64,000 nucleotides of DNA. Origin: Oceanispirochaeta sp. GTDB taxonomy: Bacteria > Spirochaetota > Spirochaetia > DSM-2461. Of this stretch, positions 38,659 through 47,603 are shown piece after piece. The stretch spans positions 1,728,001 to 1,792,000 of the forward strand of contig CAXXOA010000001.1 in assembly GCA_963666275.2 (NCBI GenBank), in the 5' to 3' direction. The notes under the pieces were generated by a model. That model worked only from the letters and a program-made list of their open reading frames with translations, ran no database searches and was not told the DNA's origin. The stretch's first letter is position 1. Every line of letters starts with the position of its first letter. The position numbers were made by a program, and so were the translations under genes.

Positions 38659-38909
38659 ACTCTCCCTCCCATATCAGCCGGGATCATTTTTTTCGTATTG
38701 CAGAGGAAATATACCGCTGGGATCTTGTTCCCAGGGAGAAAGATATCCTGGAGGGGATGGCTCGGAAGTTTACCGGAAGTGTAGTTCTGGATAACTGGGA
38801 ATTGTTTCAGAAACGGTTTCCAGGGCATCCGGCGTGGGAGTTTGAGGAATGGTATAACGTGATTATTTCTTACGAGGAGGAAGAGGATGACGATGAAGGA
38901 GATTCTTGA
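38655..38909 (+). CDS. hypothetical phage protein
   Basis: Coupled ORF in the early operon. Confidence 0.6.
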   Translation: MNSPSHISRDHFFRIAEEIYRWDLVPREKDILEGMARKFTGSVVLDNWELFQKRFPGHPAWEFEEWYNVIISYEEEEDDDEGDS

Positions 38910-39120
38910 GTCCGGACAAAAACTGGATTCAGAGGATTTATATACATTTAGATGTAACTTAAATGAGTTTCAAAGAGATCTTGCTGTCATCCTTCTACTG
39001 GATCGATTGACTAGTGAAGGTAAAACTGCTGTCCAGATCTATAACATGCTTGCCAAAGAGGAGGAACAGTTCTTTGGAGTTTTGAACGAAAAGACCGGAG
39101 GGAACTCATGCACTGTATGA
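38887..39120 (+). CDS. hypothetical phage protein
   Basis: RBS GAGG, overlapping neighbours. Confidence 0.6.
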   Translation: MTMKEILESGQKLDSEDLYTFRCNLNEFQRDLAVILLLDRLTSEGKTAVQIYNMLAKEEEQFFGVLNEKTGGNSCTV

Positions 39121-39707
39121 GCTGTGAGCATTTTAAAGAGACCTGTGAATTGGAACAGATATACGCATCAGGCTGTCTGAAAAACTGTCCTATTCTGGGT
39201 AGGTCTGAACCGATCATCAATCCTTCCGGTGCAAACTTCCAGATAATGAAAGAGGTGATCCGAAATCCTGACGGTATTGAGAAAGTGAAAGTTATTCCCT
39301 ATGAAAAACCGGGAAAAAGTGGATGGTATGCGAGGATCTGGCTCTGTTATGAAGGGAAAGGCCTGGTGATAGATTCCGGTTTTACTCCGACCCTTCCTCT
39401 GGGGGCTATCTGGTTCGCCTGGCAGAAAGCGAAAAGGGAGATAGAGAGAATCGGGCATAAAGGGTTGGAAATGCTATTGCCCTATGTTTGCGCCCGTATC
39501 GGGTTTGATTATTCCAGTATTGAGTATCAGGCGATTCAGAAGAATCCTCCTCCAGAAGTTCCGAAACCGGAACCGACTCCACCGCCTCCGAAACCTGCGG
39601 CAAAGAGGATGTTTGTTCCTGTCTCCGAAGAGAATCTTCTGCCGGTTTCTGATCCTGCTAATGATGATAAAAGCCGGGGAGATCAGATGGACCTGTTTGC
39701 GTGTTGA
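39108..39707 (+). CDS. hypothetical phage protein with C-terminal QMDLF motif
   Basis: Cys-rich N-terminus, Pro-rich linker, QMDLF resembling a beta-clamp binding motif. Confidence 0.65.
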   Translation: MHCMSCEHFKETCELEQIYASGCLKNCPILGRSEPIINPSGANFQIMKEVIRNPDGIEKVKVIPYEKPGKSGWYARIWLCYEGKGLVIDSGFTPTLPLGAIWFAWQKAKREIERIGHKGLEMLLPYVCARIGFDYSSIEYQAIQKNPPPEVPKPEPTPPPPKPAAKRMFVPVSEENLLPVSDPANDDKSRGDQMDLFAC

Positions 39708-39722
39708 GAGGAGTACTGAGTT

Positions 39723-40022
39723 ATGAGAAGTAGAGAAAGAGTAAGAGCAATCGATTCCTATATAAAAGCGAATTATCCAACTGACGGCCCCGATAGGGTA
39801 TCTGAAGCCTTGGGGGAGCCACGGGAGTATGTTATGGCCCGGGCGCACCATCTGAAAATCAGAATGCCTGGAAATCCCAGAAAGAAGAAAGCTAAGAAGC
39901 CGTCGAAAACGGGAATTATCAGGAGATTGGAACTGGATAATATGACTCTAAGAAAAGAGTTGATTAGGCAAACTCATATTAACCATCTTCTAAAAAAGAA
40001 ACTGGAGCTGACAAATGCTTAA
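39723..40022 (+). CDS. small basic HTH-like protein
   Basis: YIKANY...VSEALGEPREYVMARAHHLKI. Confidence 0.6.
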   Translation: MRSRERVRAIDSYIKANYPTDGPDRVSEALGEPREYVMARAHHLKIRMPGNPRKKKAKKPSKTGIIRRLELDNMTLRKELIRQTHINHLLKKKLELTNA

Positions 40023-40191
40023 AGATGATATGGATCTGTTTAGAAAGAAGGAAAATCCAAGTCAAAAGGATTACAGAGACCTGGTGGCATTCACATTAAG
40101 GTTAATGAGGCAGCTTAAAAAAGAGAGAGACCTTCGGTCTAAACTCTCTAAGAAGAATAAACAACTGGCGGACCGCTTGGGGACGCTGTAA
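40015..40191 (+). CDS. 58-aa coiled-coil protein (below track cutoff)
   Basis: GGAG RBS; MLKDDMDLFRKKENPSQKDY...LGTL. Confidence 0.55.
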   Translation: MLKDDMDLFRKKENPSQKDYRDLVAFTLRLMRQLKKERDLRSKLSKKNKQLADRLGTL

Positions 40192-40231
40192 GCGAGGAAG
40201 TAGATAAGATGGAAACCAGGAGAAACACAGA

Positions 40232-41395
40232 TTGAGTTCCCACAAGGGAACTGGTAAAGAATGTCCCCAGACCGGGGACTCTTTTTTGACTGAAAATGAA
40301 TTTGCTATGGATCTCGATGATGATTTCATCGTTGTAACAGTCGGCTTGTATAAGTTTTTTATGGCTCATGGAAAGGATGGTCTGGATGCAAAACAGCTCT
40401 ATGACCATCTTGTATTCACGTCCAGAGTCCAGGGTTCAAAGAAGGTTAAAGCGAACCTCCAGTATATTAAAAATGGCCTTGGATGGGGCAATGCAAAAAT
40501 CAAAAAGGCCAAGTCATTTCTTCGTGGTGCTGGTCTGATCGAGTACGTTAAAACTAAAGGTGAATTGGGTCTTTTTGACGGACAGAGTATTATCATCAAA
40601 ACACGGTGGGATGAAGAATCCATGGCCGTCTGGGTGGAAAGGAAGAGGGCCAGAGAGGCTGGTCAATCTGTGGGTGCTGAAAATCAGTCTGAGGAAAACT
40701 TTGTTGAATCCACAGGGTCAGAAACTGAACCTGTGGAACATATGGTGTCTGAAATTGGAACCACACCAGATATCCAGAGGGTCAATTATCGGACCGGTGG
40801 GTTCACGGACCCTCTGGTTTCAAGACACAATTATAAAGGTGTTATAACAAATAATCCTTCCGCAAAGTCTCCGAAAGAGAAAATCAAGGAGGTTGTGGAA
40901 AACTCCGACTCTCCACCGTCTCCGGCGTCCCTTCCGCCTGCGGCGGGCATTACTTCCGTAAATGAGATGAAGAAGTTCCTTCTGGGTATGGTGAAAAAAC
41001 GCGATCCAGAATCTATGCTCTATTTTACTCCTGCCGAATCGGAACAGATCGGTATAGCCTACAGTCGGTTCGGATCCGAATGGCTGATAGAGGTTTTTCA
41101 CGACTACCTGCAGAGGAAGGAGATCTCCCAGATCAATAAGTTTCATAGTGCGGATGTTCCCCGATTTATCAAGAGAGCCATGGACAAAAGCCCCAAACAG
41201 CCGGTGAAGGTGTCGAAAGAACCGAAGTATCACAACTGCCCCGTATGCGGGAAAACCTGGTCAGCTTCCTCAACCTTGAGTATGTGCCCGAAATGCGGTC
41301 TGGAGCTGGAAAACTTCAGCAATCATCAGGAGATTGAAGAGCATCGGAAATGGTGGGAGAGTCCGGATAATCCAAGGCGGCAGGCTGTAGGATGA
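40232..41395 (+). CDS. phage replication initiator-like protein
   Basis: N-terminal wHTH-like region (LGWGNAKIKKAKSFLRGAGLIEY), internal DNA repeats, C-terminal CPVCG/CPKCG Zn ribbon. Confidence 0.6.
   Translation: MSSHKGTGKECPQTGDSFLTENEFAMDLDDDFIVVTVGLYKFFMAHGKDGLDAKQLYDHLVFTSRVQGSKKVKANLQYIKNGLGWGNAKIKKAKSFLRGAGLIEYVKTKGELGLFDGQSIIIKTRWDEESMAVWVERKRAREAGQSVGAENQSEENFVESTGSETEPVEHMVSEIGTTPDIQRVNYRTGGFTDPLVSRHNYKGVITNNPSAKSPKEKIKEVVENSDSPPSPASLPPAAGITSVNEMKKFLLGMVKKRDPESMLYFTPAESEQIGIAYSRFGSEWLIEVFHDYLQRKEISQINKFHSADVPRFIKRAMDKSPKQPVKVSKEPKYHNCPVCGKTWSASSTLSMCPKCGLELENFSNHQEIEEHRKWWESPDNPRRQAVG
40709..40818. repeat. iteron-like inverted repeats (putative phage origin)
   Basis: TCCACAGGGTCA / TGAACCTGTGGA and TCCAGAGGGTCA / GGACCCTCTGG, plus GGACCGGTGGGTTC. 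Confidence 0.55.
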
Positions 41396-41589
41396 CTGAA
41401 ACGGGAGGGGAAATGGACTATTTGACACCTGAAATTGAAGCGCATATCGAAGAGTTGAAAGAACGATTGAGGAAAACACCTTATGGAGATGTGGGATTGG
41501 TATTCACCATGTCAGGCGGTCAGGTGACGCTGATTAAACCAATCAATCTACCAGTAATTCGACCGGGTAAAAATCATGGAAAATCTTGA
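41392..41589 (+). CDS. small phage protein (DUF2292-like)
   Basis: PYGDVGLVFTMSGGQVTLI. Confidence 0.55.
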   Translation: MTETGGEMDYLTPEIEAHIEELKERLRKTPYGDVGLVFTMSGGQVTLIKPINLPVIRPGKNHGKS

Positions 41590-42472
41590 CAAAAATCTAG
41601 TTTCACGGGGAAAACAGCGTGTATTCAGAAATGAACGATATCGCCATATCTGTCAAAGATTTATTACCTGGTGTGCTGAACAGGAGATCCCGGAATCTAT
41701 AGGGAATGAAATTTTGTGGTTGGAATCCCTTCATGATCAGGGATTGAATGCATCGACAATACGACTTTACGGATATGCTGTTAAGGCCTATTTACTGGAC
41801 AATGTTGATACTGAAAGCATGACCATGGATGAGAAACTGTTCCATCAGTTCAAGATTGAGTATGAGTTCCGGACATTCAAGATGCCCAGAGTTTCAAATC
41901 GCAAGGCCGAAGAGTATCTAATCAATCATGAGGAGCTTCATGAAGTTCTAAATCACTCGAAGCTCAAGACCAGGATGATCATAGAATTTCTTGCCAGCAC
42001 CGGCTGCAGAGTCTCGGAAATGACCGGTATTCGGTTGAGGCATATACGGAAAGTGAGAGATTCGGAATATCGAATCCGAGTGATGGGCAAAGGCCGTAAA
42101 GAGCGGGTGATACGTATTAACGGCGGTTTAAGAAAGAGAATATCCAAAGCCTTCCCGGAAACTGAAACCTATCTATTCGAATCTGCTCCTGGTAGGAGTT
42201 ATTCCCGCCAGGGGATTCACGACCTGGTAAAGAGAGCAGGTGAAAGAGCGAAAATCTTCGGATTGCATCCCCATTCATTCAGGCATTTTTATGCCACTTT
42301 CCTGATTGATAAGACCGGGAATATAGATGCTGTATCCCGATATCTTGGGCATTCCGATGTGTCCACAACGCTCGGAATGTATTACCACAGTAAGGATCTT
42401 TCCCTGGAGGAATTGAATCTGAATCTTTACGGTGATCGTGGAAGAAATAAAGGAGTTGCTGCACATGCCTAG
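41576..42472 (+). CDS. XerC/D-like tyrosine recombinase
   Basis: TGCRVSE, GKGRKER, HPHSFRH, LGHSDVSTTLGMY; no arm-binding domain. Confidence 0.92.
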   Translation: MENLDKNLVSRGKQRVFRNERYRHICQRFITWCAEQEIPESIGNEILWLESLHDQGLNASTIRLYGYAVKAYLLDNVDTESMTMDEKLFHQFKIEYEFRTFKMPRVSNRKAEEYLINHEELHEVLNHSKLKTRMIIEFLASTGCRVSEMTGIRLRHIRKVRDSEYRIRVMGKGRKERVIRINGGLRKRISKAFPETETYLFESAPGRSYSRQGIHDLVKRAGERAKIFGLHPHSFRHFYATFLIDKTGNIDAVSRYLGHSDVSTTLGMYYHSKDLSLEELNLNLYGDRGRNKGVAAHA

Positions 42473-42848
42473 AAAAGCTAAGAGACCATGTTCTCATGTG
42501 GGTTGTCCCCGATATGCAATGGATGGATCTTCCCGTTGTGAGTTACATCAGAATGAGGTTCAGTACAAAAGAAGAAAACCGAGACCATCGTACTTATGGA
42601 ACTCTGATTCTAAATGGAAAAAGCTTCGTGTTAAGATCCTGAAAGAGCATGGAATCCCTGAATCACAATGGCAAAATTATGTAATTGATCATCGGCCCCC
42701 GTATGATCCCAAGGTTGAACCTGATCACACGAAATATACACTGGTTCCCATGACACGATCAGATCACTCCAAGAAAACTAACCGGTATGATGGAGGCTGG
42801 GGGAACAAAAAGAAACTCCCAGGGGGAGGGGGGATCGAATCTCTATGA
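42465..42848 (+). CDS. packaging-associated HNH endonuclease
   Basis: MPRKAKRPCSHVGCP...CELH...W.KLR...VIDH...HSKKT; upstream of terS. Confidence 0.8.
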   Translation: MPRKAKRPCSHVGCPRYAMDGSSRCELHQNEVQYKRRKPRPSYLWNSDSKWKKLRVKILKEHGIPESQWQNYVIDHRPPYDPKVEPDHTKYTLVPMTRSDHSKKTNRYDGGWGNKKKLPGGGGIESL

Positions 42849-42927
42849 GGATTTGCAGAACCCTCCACGTCCACAGGAAAAATACCGTGATGTCAGTTGA
42901 GGGGAACCCAAAGGAGGGAAAACGGGA

Positions 42928-43458
42928 ATGAATTATAGAAAGCCGCAGGATCTGAAAATCTTAACTGGGACCTTCCGGGAAGATCGTGATCAGGGAACGA
43001 TTAAAACGGAAACCGACCTTCCAGACAGAGTGGAGACTCCTTCACACCTGGGATCTTCCGGAAAGAAGCAGTGGCGGAAATTGGTTAAGCTGCTCAAGGA
43101 TGAAGAGCTCCTGAAGAAGGTAGATCTGGGGTGTCTGGAAGCCTGCTGTCTTGCCTATGATGAAATGGTCCAGAGTAGTTATGACATGAAGAACCACAGG
43201 AAGAAAATGGAACAGGCCGAGCAGGAACTGCACTTGGCTGCCGACAAGGACGAGTTGAAATCTAAGTTAAGCCTGATTGATCATTACTCCCGGCAGATCG
43301 ACAAAGAGCGGAATGCCAAAAACAAAGCTATGGGGCTGTACCATAAATTTATGAATGAGTTTGGCTTGTCTCCAGGAAGCCGAAAGAGACTGGATATTAC
43401 AGATGATAAACAAGAAGAGTCTGAGTTTGAAAAAATGTTTATAAAAGCAAATGCTTAA
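42928..43458 (+). CDS. terS: terminase small subunit (P27 family)
   Basis: KPQDLKILTGT, PSHL...W, EFGLSPGSR. Confidence 0.88.
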   Translation: MNYRKPQDLKILTGTFREDRDQGTIKTETDLPDRVETPSHLGSSGKKQWRKLVKLLKDEELLKKVDLGCLEACCLAYDEMVQSSYDMKNHRKKMEQAEQELHLAADKDELKSKLSLIDHYSRQIDKERNAKNKAMGLYHKFMNEFGLSPGSRKRLDITDDKQEESEFEKMFIKANA

Positions 43459-43517
43459 ATTGCCTTTTATATATTTTTAAGATTAGAATAATAAATATTA
43501 AGATATGGAGGTATAAT

Positions 43518-43748
43518 ATTAGTCATTCAAAAATTATTATTAATTCTATTGCACATACAAATCCAAAGGAATTATATCCGTTTTTCAGAAAGAACTCATT
43601 TGATGATTTCTTAAATCAAGTAACAGTTCAAATTGAATCATTTTTATGTAATACAAGAGTTTATATGTACTCAGATAACTGTAAATCTCTTGAATCATAT
43701 CAAAAACTTCTGGAATTGGAAATAGATACATTATCAGAATATAGTTGA
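43518..43748 (+). CDS. cryptic 76-codon ORF (ATT start) in AT-rich insert
   Basis: GGAGG 6 nt before ATT; open to TGA 43748 despite high AT; no in-frame ATG near the RBS. Confidence 0.4.
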   Translation: MSHSKIIINSIAHTNPKELYPFFRKNSFDDFLNQVTVQIESFLCNTRVYMYSDNCKSLESYQKLLELEIDTLSEYS

Positions 43749-43779
43749 CACAAAAAATATATGGCTTTAATGTTAAACC

Positions 43780-43927
43780 ATAAACAGTAATATTCCGTAA
43801 CGGGAACAATAGCGGAAAGACCGGATTCCCGTTGCGAACAATGACAGTACTATCATCGTAAAGATGATGTGTTAAATGGAAAGACCAAAGACACATCAAG
43901 CGTAAAGCTTGGTGTGTCTTTTTTTTT
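43780..43927 (+). ncRNA. putative structured small RNA with its own promoter and terminator
   Basis: TTGACA-17-TAATGT (43745-43773), four consecutive hairpins, the last a 14-bp terminator with a T run. Confidence 0.6.
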
Positions 43928-43947
43928 GCCTTCAGGAGTTTGACGGA

Positions 43948-45630
43948 TTGGAAAAGACATACCGCCAGTACATTGATGATGTGATTACCGGGAAGGAAGT
44001 CGCCTGTAAATGGGTGAAACTTTCCGTTCAACGTCATGCAGATGATCTGGTGAAATCAGAAACAGATGAATCCTTTCCGTACTGCTTTGATGAAGAAGCC
44101 GCCGCCCGGATCATCGATTTTATCGGGTTCTGTAAGCACGTAAAGGGAGAATTGAAAGGGCAGTTCATCCACCTGGAGCCAGCCCAGCAGTTTGTACTGG
44201 CCTGCGTGTTCGGCTGGAAGCACAGGGTAAGCGGATCCCGTCGATTCCGTTATGTGTATGAAGAGAAGGCCCGTAAAAATGCCAAGTCCACAATCCTGGC
44301 GGGAATTGGGTTGTATATGCTGTTCCTGGATCAGGAAGGCGGATCAGAAGTCTATTCGGCAGCGGTGGATAAAGACCAGGCAAAAATAGTCTGGGGCGTA
44401 GCTCGTGAGATGATCGGCCAGTCCAAAGACTTCAAGAAAATGCTGAAAGACTATACCGGGTCCATTGTACACCCGTCTTCTGCCAGCTCCTTTAAACCCC
44501 TGTCTCGGGACAACAAGAACAAGGACGGTTTGAACGTCCATTGCGCCCTAGTGGATGAGTACCATGCTCATCCTGATGATTCCATTCTGGAACTGCTCAA
44601 GGGCGGTATGGGTAGCCGTACCCAGCCTCTCCTCTGGGTTATTACCACCGCCGGATTTAATCGAAACTGTGCCTGTAAGCGGGAGCGGGACAGGGTTGAG
44701 CGGATCCTTCAGGGGATTGAAGAGGATCCGGAATACTTTGGAATTATTTATACCCTGGATGAAGGGGACGACTGGAAGGATCCGGAAGTGTGGCAGAAAT
44801 CAAACCCTCTTTTGGATGTTGCTGTTACCAGGGATTTTCTGGAGTCACTGCTACGGGATGCGAAAGTTCGGCCTGAAAAAGAGAATAACTTTAAGGTGAA
44901 ACATCTGAATCTCTGGGTGGATGCCCATACCAGGTGGATCAATCATGAAACCTGGATCAAATGCCGCCGGGATTTCGAAGAAGAGCAGTTGATAGGAAGG
45001 AAGTGCGTGGCCGGATTTGACCTTTCGACCACTACCGACTTGGCCGGGTATGGGCTTTGTTTCCCACCGGTCCATGAAGATGAACCGTATAAGTTCCTCT
45101 GGCGGTTTTTTATGCCCGAAGAGACTCTGGATAACAGAAGCGAAGATGTTCCCTATAGAGCCTGGGTCAATTTGGGGTATATCACAGCGACCTATGGGAA
45201 TGTGATCGACTATAACGAGATTGAAGCCAGCATCCGGAAGGATGCAGAAACGTTTGATATTGAAGAACTGAATTTCGACCCCTGGGGCGCCCAGGGAATT
45301 ATCAATGATCTGACAGCGGAAGACATGAATTGTGTCCGGTTTAGTCAGGGGATGAAGGATATTTCTCCGGCTGTGAAGCATACGGAACGGGGGATCCTCT
45401 CCCAGGAAGTTTCCTATAGCGGAAATCCTGTAATGGATTTTATGGTGTCCTGTGCGGAAATCTACCGGGATTCCAATGACAATGTGAAGCTTGTTAAACC
45501 GAAACGGGAAGAAACATCCTCCCGGATTGACGGTGTGATCATGATGGTCATGGCCTATTATAGGGCGTTCTTACTCCAGGGGGTTCAGGCTGAATCAGTA
45601 TATGAGGCACGGGGGATGAGATGGATATAG
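43948..45630 (+). CDS. terL: terminase large subunit
   Basis: ARKNAKST Walker A, LVDEYH Walker B, ITTAG, GFDLS, RIDG; TTG start after AGGAG. Confidence 0.95.
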   Translation: MEKTYRQYIDDVITGKEVACKWVKLSVQRHADDLVKSETDESFPYCFDEEAAARIIDFIGFCKHVKGELKGQFIHLEPAQQFVLACVFGWKHRVSGSRRFRYVYEEKARKNAKSTILAGIGLYMLFLDQEGGSEVYSAAVDKDQAKIVWGVAREMIGQSKDFKKMLKDYTGSIVHPSSASSFKPLSRDNKNKDGLNVHCALVDEYHAHPDDSILELLKGGMGSRTQPLLWVITTAGFNRNCACKRERDRVERILQGIEEDPEYFGIIYTLDEGDDWKDPEVWQKSNPLLDVAVTRDFLESLLRDAKVRPEKENNFKVKHLNLWVDAHTRWINHETWIKCRRDFEEEQLIGRKCVAGFDLSTTTDLAGYGLCFPPVHEDEPYKFLWRFFMPEETLDNRSEDVPYRAWVNLGYITATYGNVIDYNEIEASIRKDAETFDIEELNFDPWGAQGIINDLTAEDMNCVRFSQGMKDISPAVKHTERGILSQEVSYSGNPVMDFMVSCAEIYRDSNDNVKLVKPKREETSSRIDGVIMMVMAYYRAFLLQGVQAESVYEARGMRWI

Positions 45631-47600
45631 TGATTGACCTGAACAAGATCCGGGCATTTCCCCGTTCTATCGTGTCCTGGGCGGGCAATCTGGTTCCACG
45701 GAAACGGGATATCACCGACTTCAAGTATCCCTTTATGAACCTGGTTTCACCGGACGGAAAGCCTCTAATGAATGAGACTGCCGCTCTGAATATATCGGCA
45801 GTCTGGAATGCGGTGGATCTCTTGTCAGGTCATATTGCCATGCTTCCTCTGATTCTCTATCGGAGAACCGGAAACGGCGGGAAAGAGCGGGCTTATGATC
45901 ACCCCCTATACCCGGCTCTTTCCATTGAACCGAATGAGTTGATGACTAGCTTTCAGATGCGTCAGGCTTCCGCCGTTCATCAGGAAATGTGGGGAGATTC
46001 TTATATCTGGGTATGCCGTCCCGGAAACGGGATTGTGGAACTCTGGCCTCTGAACCCTGGTGTTACTCATCGGGATAAAGAGGGGGAGAAAATTGTTTAC
46101 AAAACTATGGTGGACGGTCAGGGGTACACGATACCCAGGGAACAGATAATCCATATTCCCATTATGACCTTGAACGGGATAGATGGAATCAACCCGATTG
46201 CCAAGCGCCGCCGGTCCTTCTCCCTGATGCAGGCTGCGGAAGAGCAGGCGGAAAGCTACTATCTGAACAGCTCTAAACCGGCAGGTGTGCTGCAGCTTAA
46301 AAAGGCATTATCCGATGAAGCCTTCCGGAGATTGAAAGAGGAATGGACCCAGATGTATGGCGGAGGTGCAGGGAACCATCACAGGACGGCCATTCTGGAA
46401 GAAGAGGGCGAGTTCAAGCCGATCCAGTTCAATGCAGAAGAAATTCAGATGCTGGGAAGCCGGGAATTCTCGGTAACAGAAGTTGCCAGGTGGTTCAATC
46501 TTCCGCCCCATAAGATCAAAGATCTGAGCCGGTCTACCTTCTCTAATATTGAGCATCAGAACATCGACTATGTTCAGGATTCGCTTCTGCCCCGGCTGGT
46601 GCGGATCGAGCAGGCCATGACAAAGACCCTGCTGACCAAAGGGGAACAGAAAGAGTACTTCATCGAGTTTCTGGTAGACGGCCTGCTCCGGGGAGATTCC
46701 AAAACCCGGTATGAGGTGTATCAGATAGCCCGACAGAATGGAGCCATGAGCGCTAATGAGTGGCGGCAGAAAGAGAATATGAACCCTATTGACGATCCGA
46801 GCGGTGACGCTTACTTCATGCCCTTGAATATGATCGAGATGAAACAGGCTCTTCTTCCTGAAGAGTCCAATACGGATATATCGGCTAGGGGTATTCGGCC
46901 CAGCCAGAAGAGAGGCGTGGATCAGCGGCGGATGGTGACGGATCGCTTCAAGAACCGGTATAAGAGCCTTTCCAGAAGCATACTGGAAGAGGAAATCCCG
47001 GCAGTCAGAGAGATCCTTTTGGCTGTGGGTGACAACCTGGATGAACTGACGGATGCTCTGGAGTCTTTCTATGAGCGGTTTGCCGGGAATGCTTCCCGTA
47101 TGTCTGCCGGTTTGATTCAGGTAAATGCTGATGAAATCCGCTCTCTGGCAGAGATGGAGGTCGGATCCTCCATTGCGGATTCTGATTATGAAGCTTTTCT
47201 GAATCGGTTTATTGAAAACTTCGGTCTCCGGTATTCCATCCGGAGCAAACAGGAACTGCGGAGCCGGGAGACAGTAGAGGATATGGCGGCTCAGACGGAA
47301 CACTGGAAGGATGTCCGGGGAGATCAGATGTCTCAGGAGCGGATCCTGGTGGAAAGCGCTATTTCCCGGACCGTCTGGCGGGCTGTGGGGGTTACGAAAA
47401 TTAGATCCGTTGCCAGAGGGGAGAGTTGCCCCTACTGCAATGATCTTAACGGGAAGGTTATCGGTGTAGAAGAAAGCTTTCTCCAGCCGGGCCAGTTTAA
47501 ACCTGACGGAGCTGAAGCACCCCTCCGGGTGTCCAGTATAAAAAATCATCCGCCCTTTCATGACGGGTGTGATTGCGGCATCGAGCCGGTAGTGGAGTGA
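45621..47600 (+). CDS. HK97-type portal protein fused to MuF/minor-head-like domain
   Basis: VARWFNLPPHKI...TFSNIEHQ...NEWRQKENM portal motifs; C-terminal CPYC...HPPFHDGCDC. Confidence 0.88.
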   Translation: MDIVIDLNKIRAFPRSIVSWAGNLVPRKRDITDFKYPFMNLVSPDGKPLMNETAALNISAVWNAVDLLSGHIAMLPLILYRRTGNGGKERAYDHPLYPALSIEPNELMTSFQMRQASAVHQEMWGDSYIWVCRPGNGIVELWPLNPGVTHRDKEGEKIVYKTMVDGQGYTIPREQIIHIPIMTLNGIDGINPIAKRRRSFSLMQAAEEQAESYYLNSSKPAGVLQLKKALSDEAFRRLKEEWTQMYGGGAGNHHRTAILEEEGEFKPIQFNAEEIQMLGSREFSVTEVARWFNLPPHKIKDLSRSTFSNIEHQNIDYVQDSLLPRLVRIEQAMTKTLLTKGEQKEYFIEFLVDGLLRGDSKTRYEVYQIARQNGAMSANEWRQKENMNPIDDPSGDAYFMPLNMIEMKQALLPEESNTDISARGIRPSQKRGVDQRRMVTDRFKNRYKSLSRSILEEEIPAVREILLAVGDNLDELTDALESFYERFAGNASRMSAGLIQVNADEIRSLAEMEVGSSIADSDYEAFLNRFIENFGLRYSIRSKQELRSRETVEDMAAQTEHWKDVRGDQMSQERILVESAISRTVWRAVGVTKIRSVARGESCPYCNDLNGKVIGVEESFLQPGQFKPDGAEAPLRVSSIKNHPPFHDGCDCGIEPVVE

Positions 47601-47603
47601 ACT

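Noticed and set aside
43585..44037. 150-aa minus-strand ORF across the terS-terL insert
   Set aside because: Overlaps terL antisense and crosses the hairpin/terminator region; no RBS.
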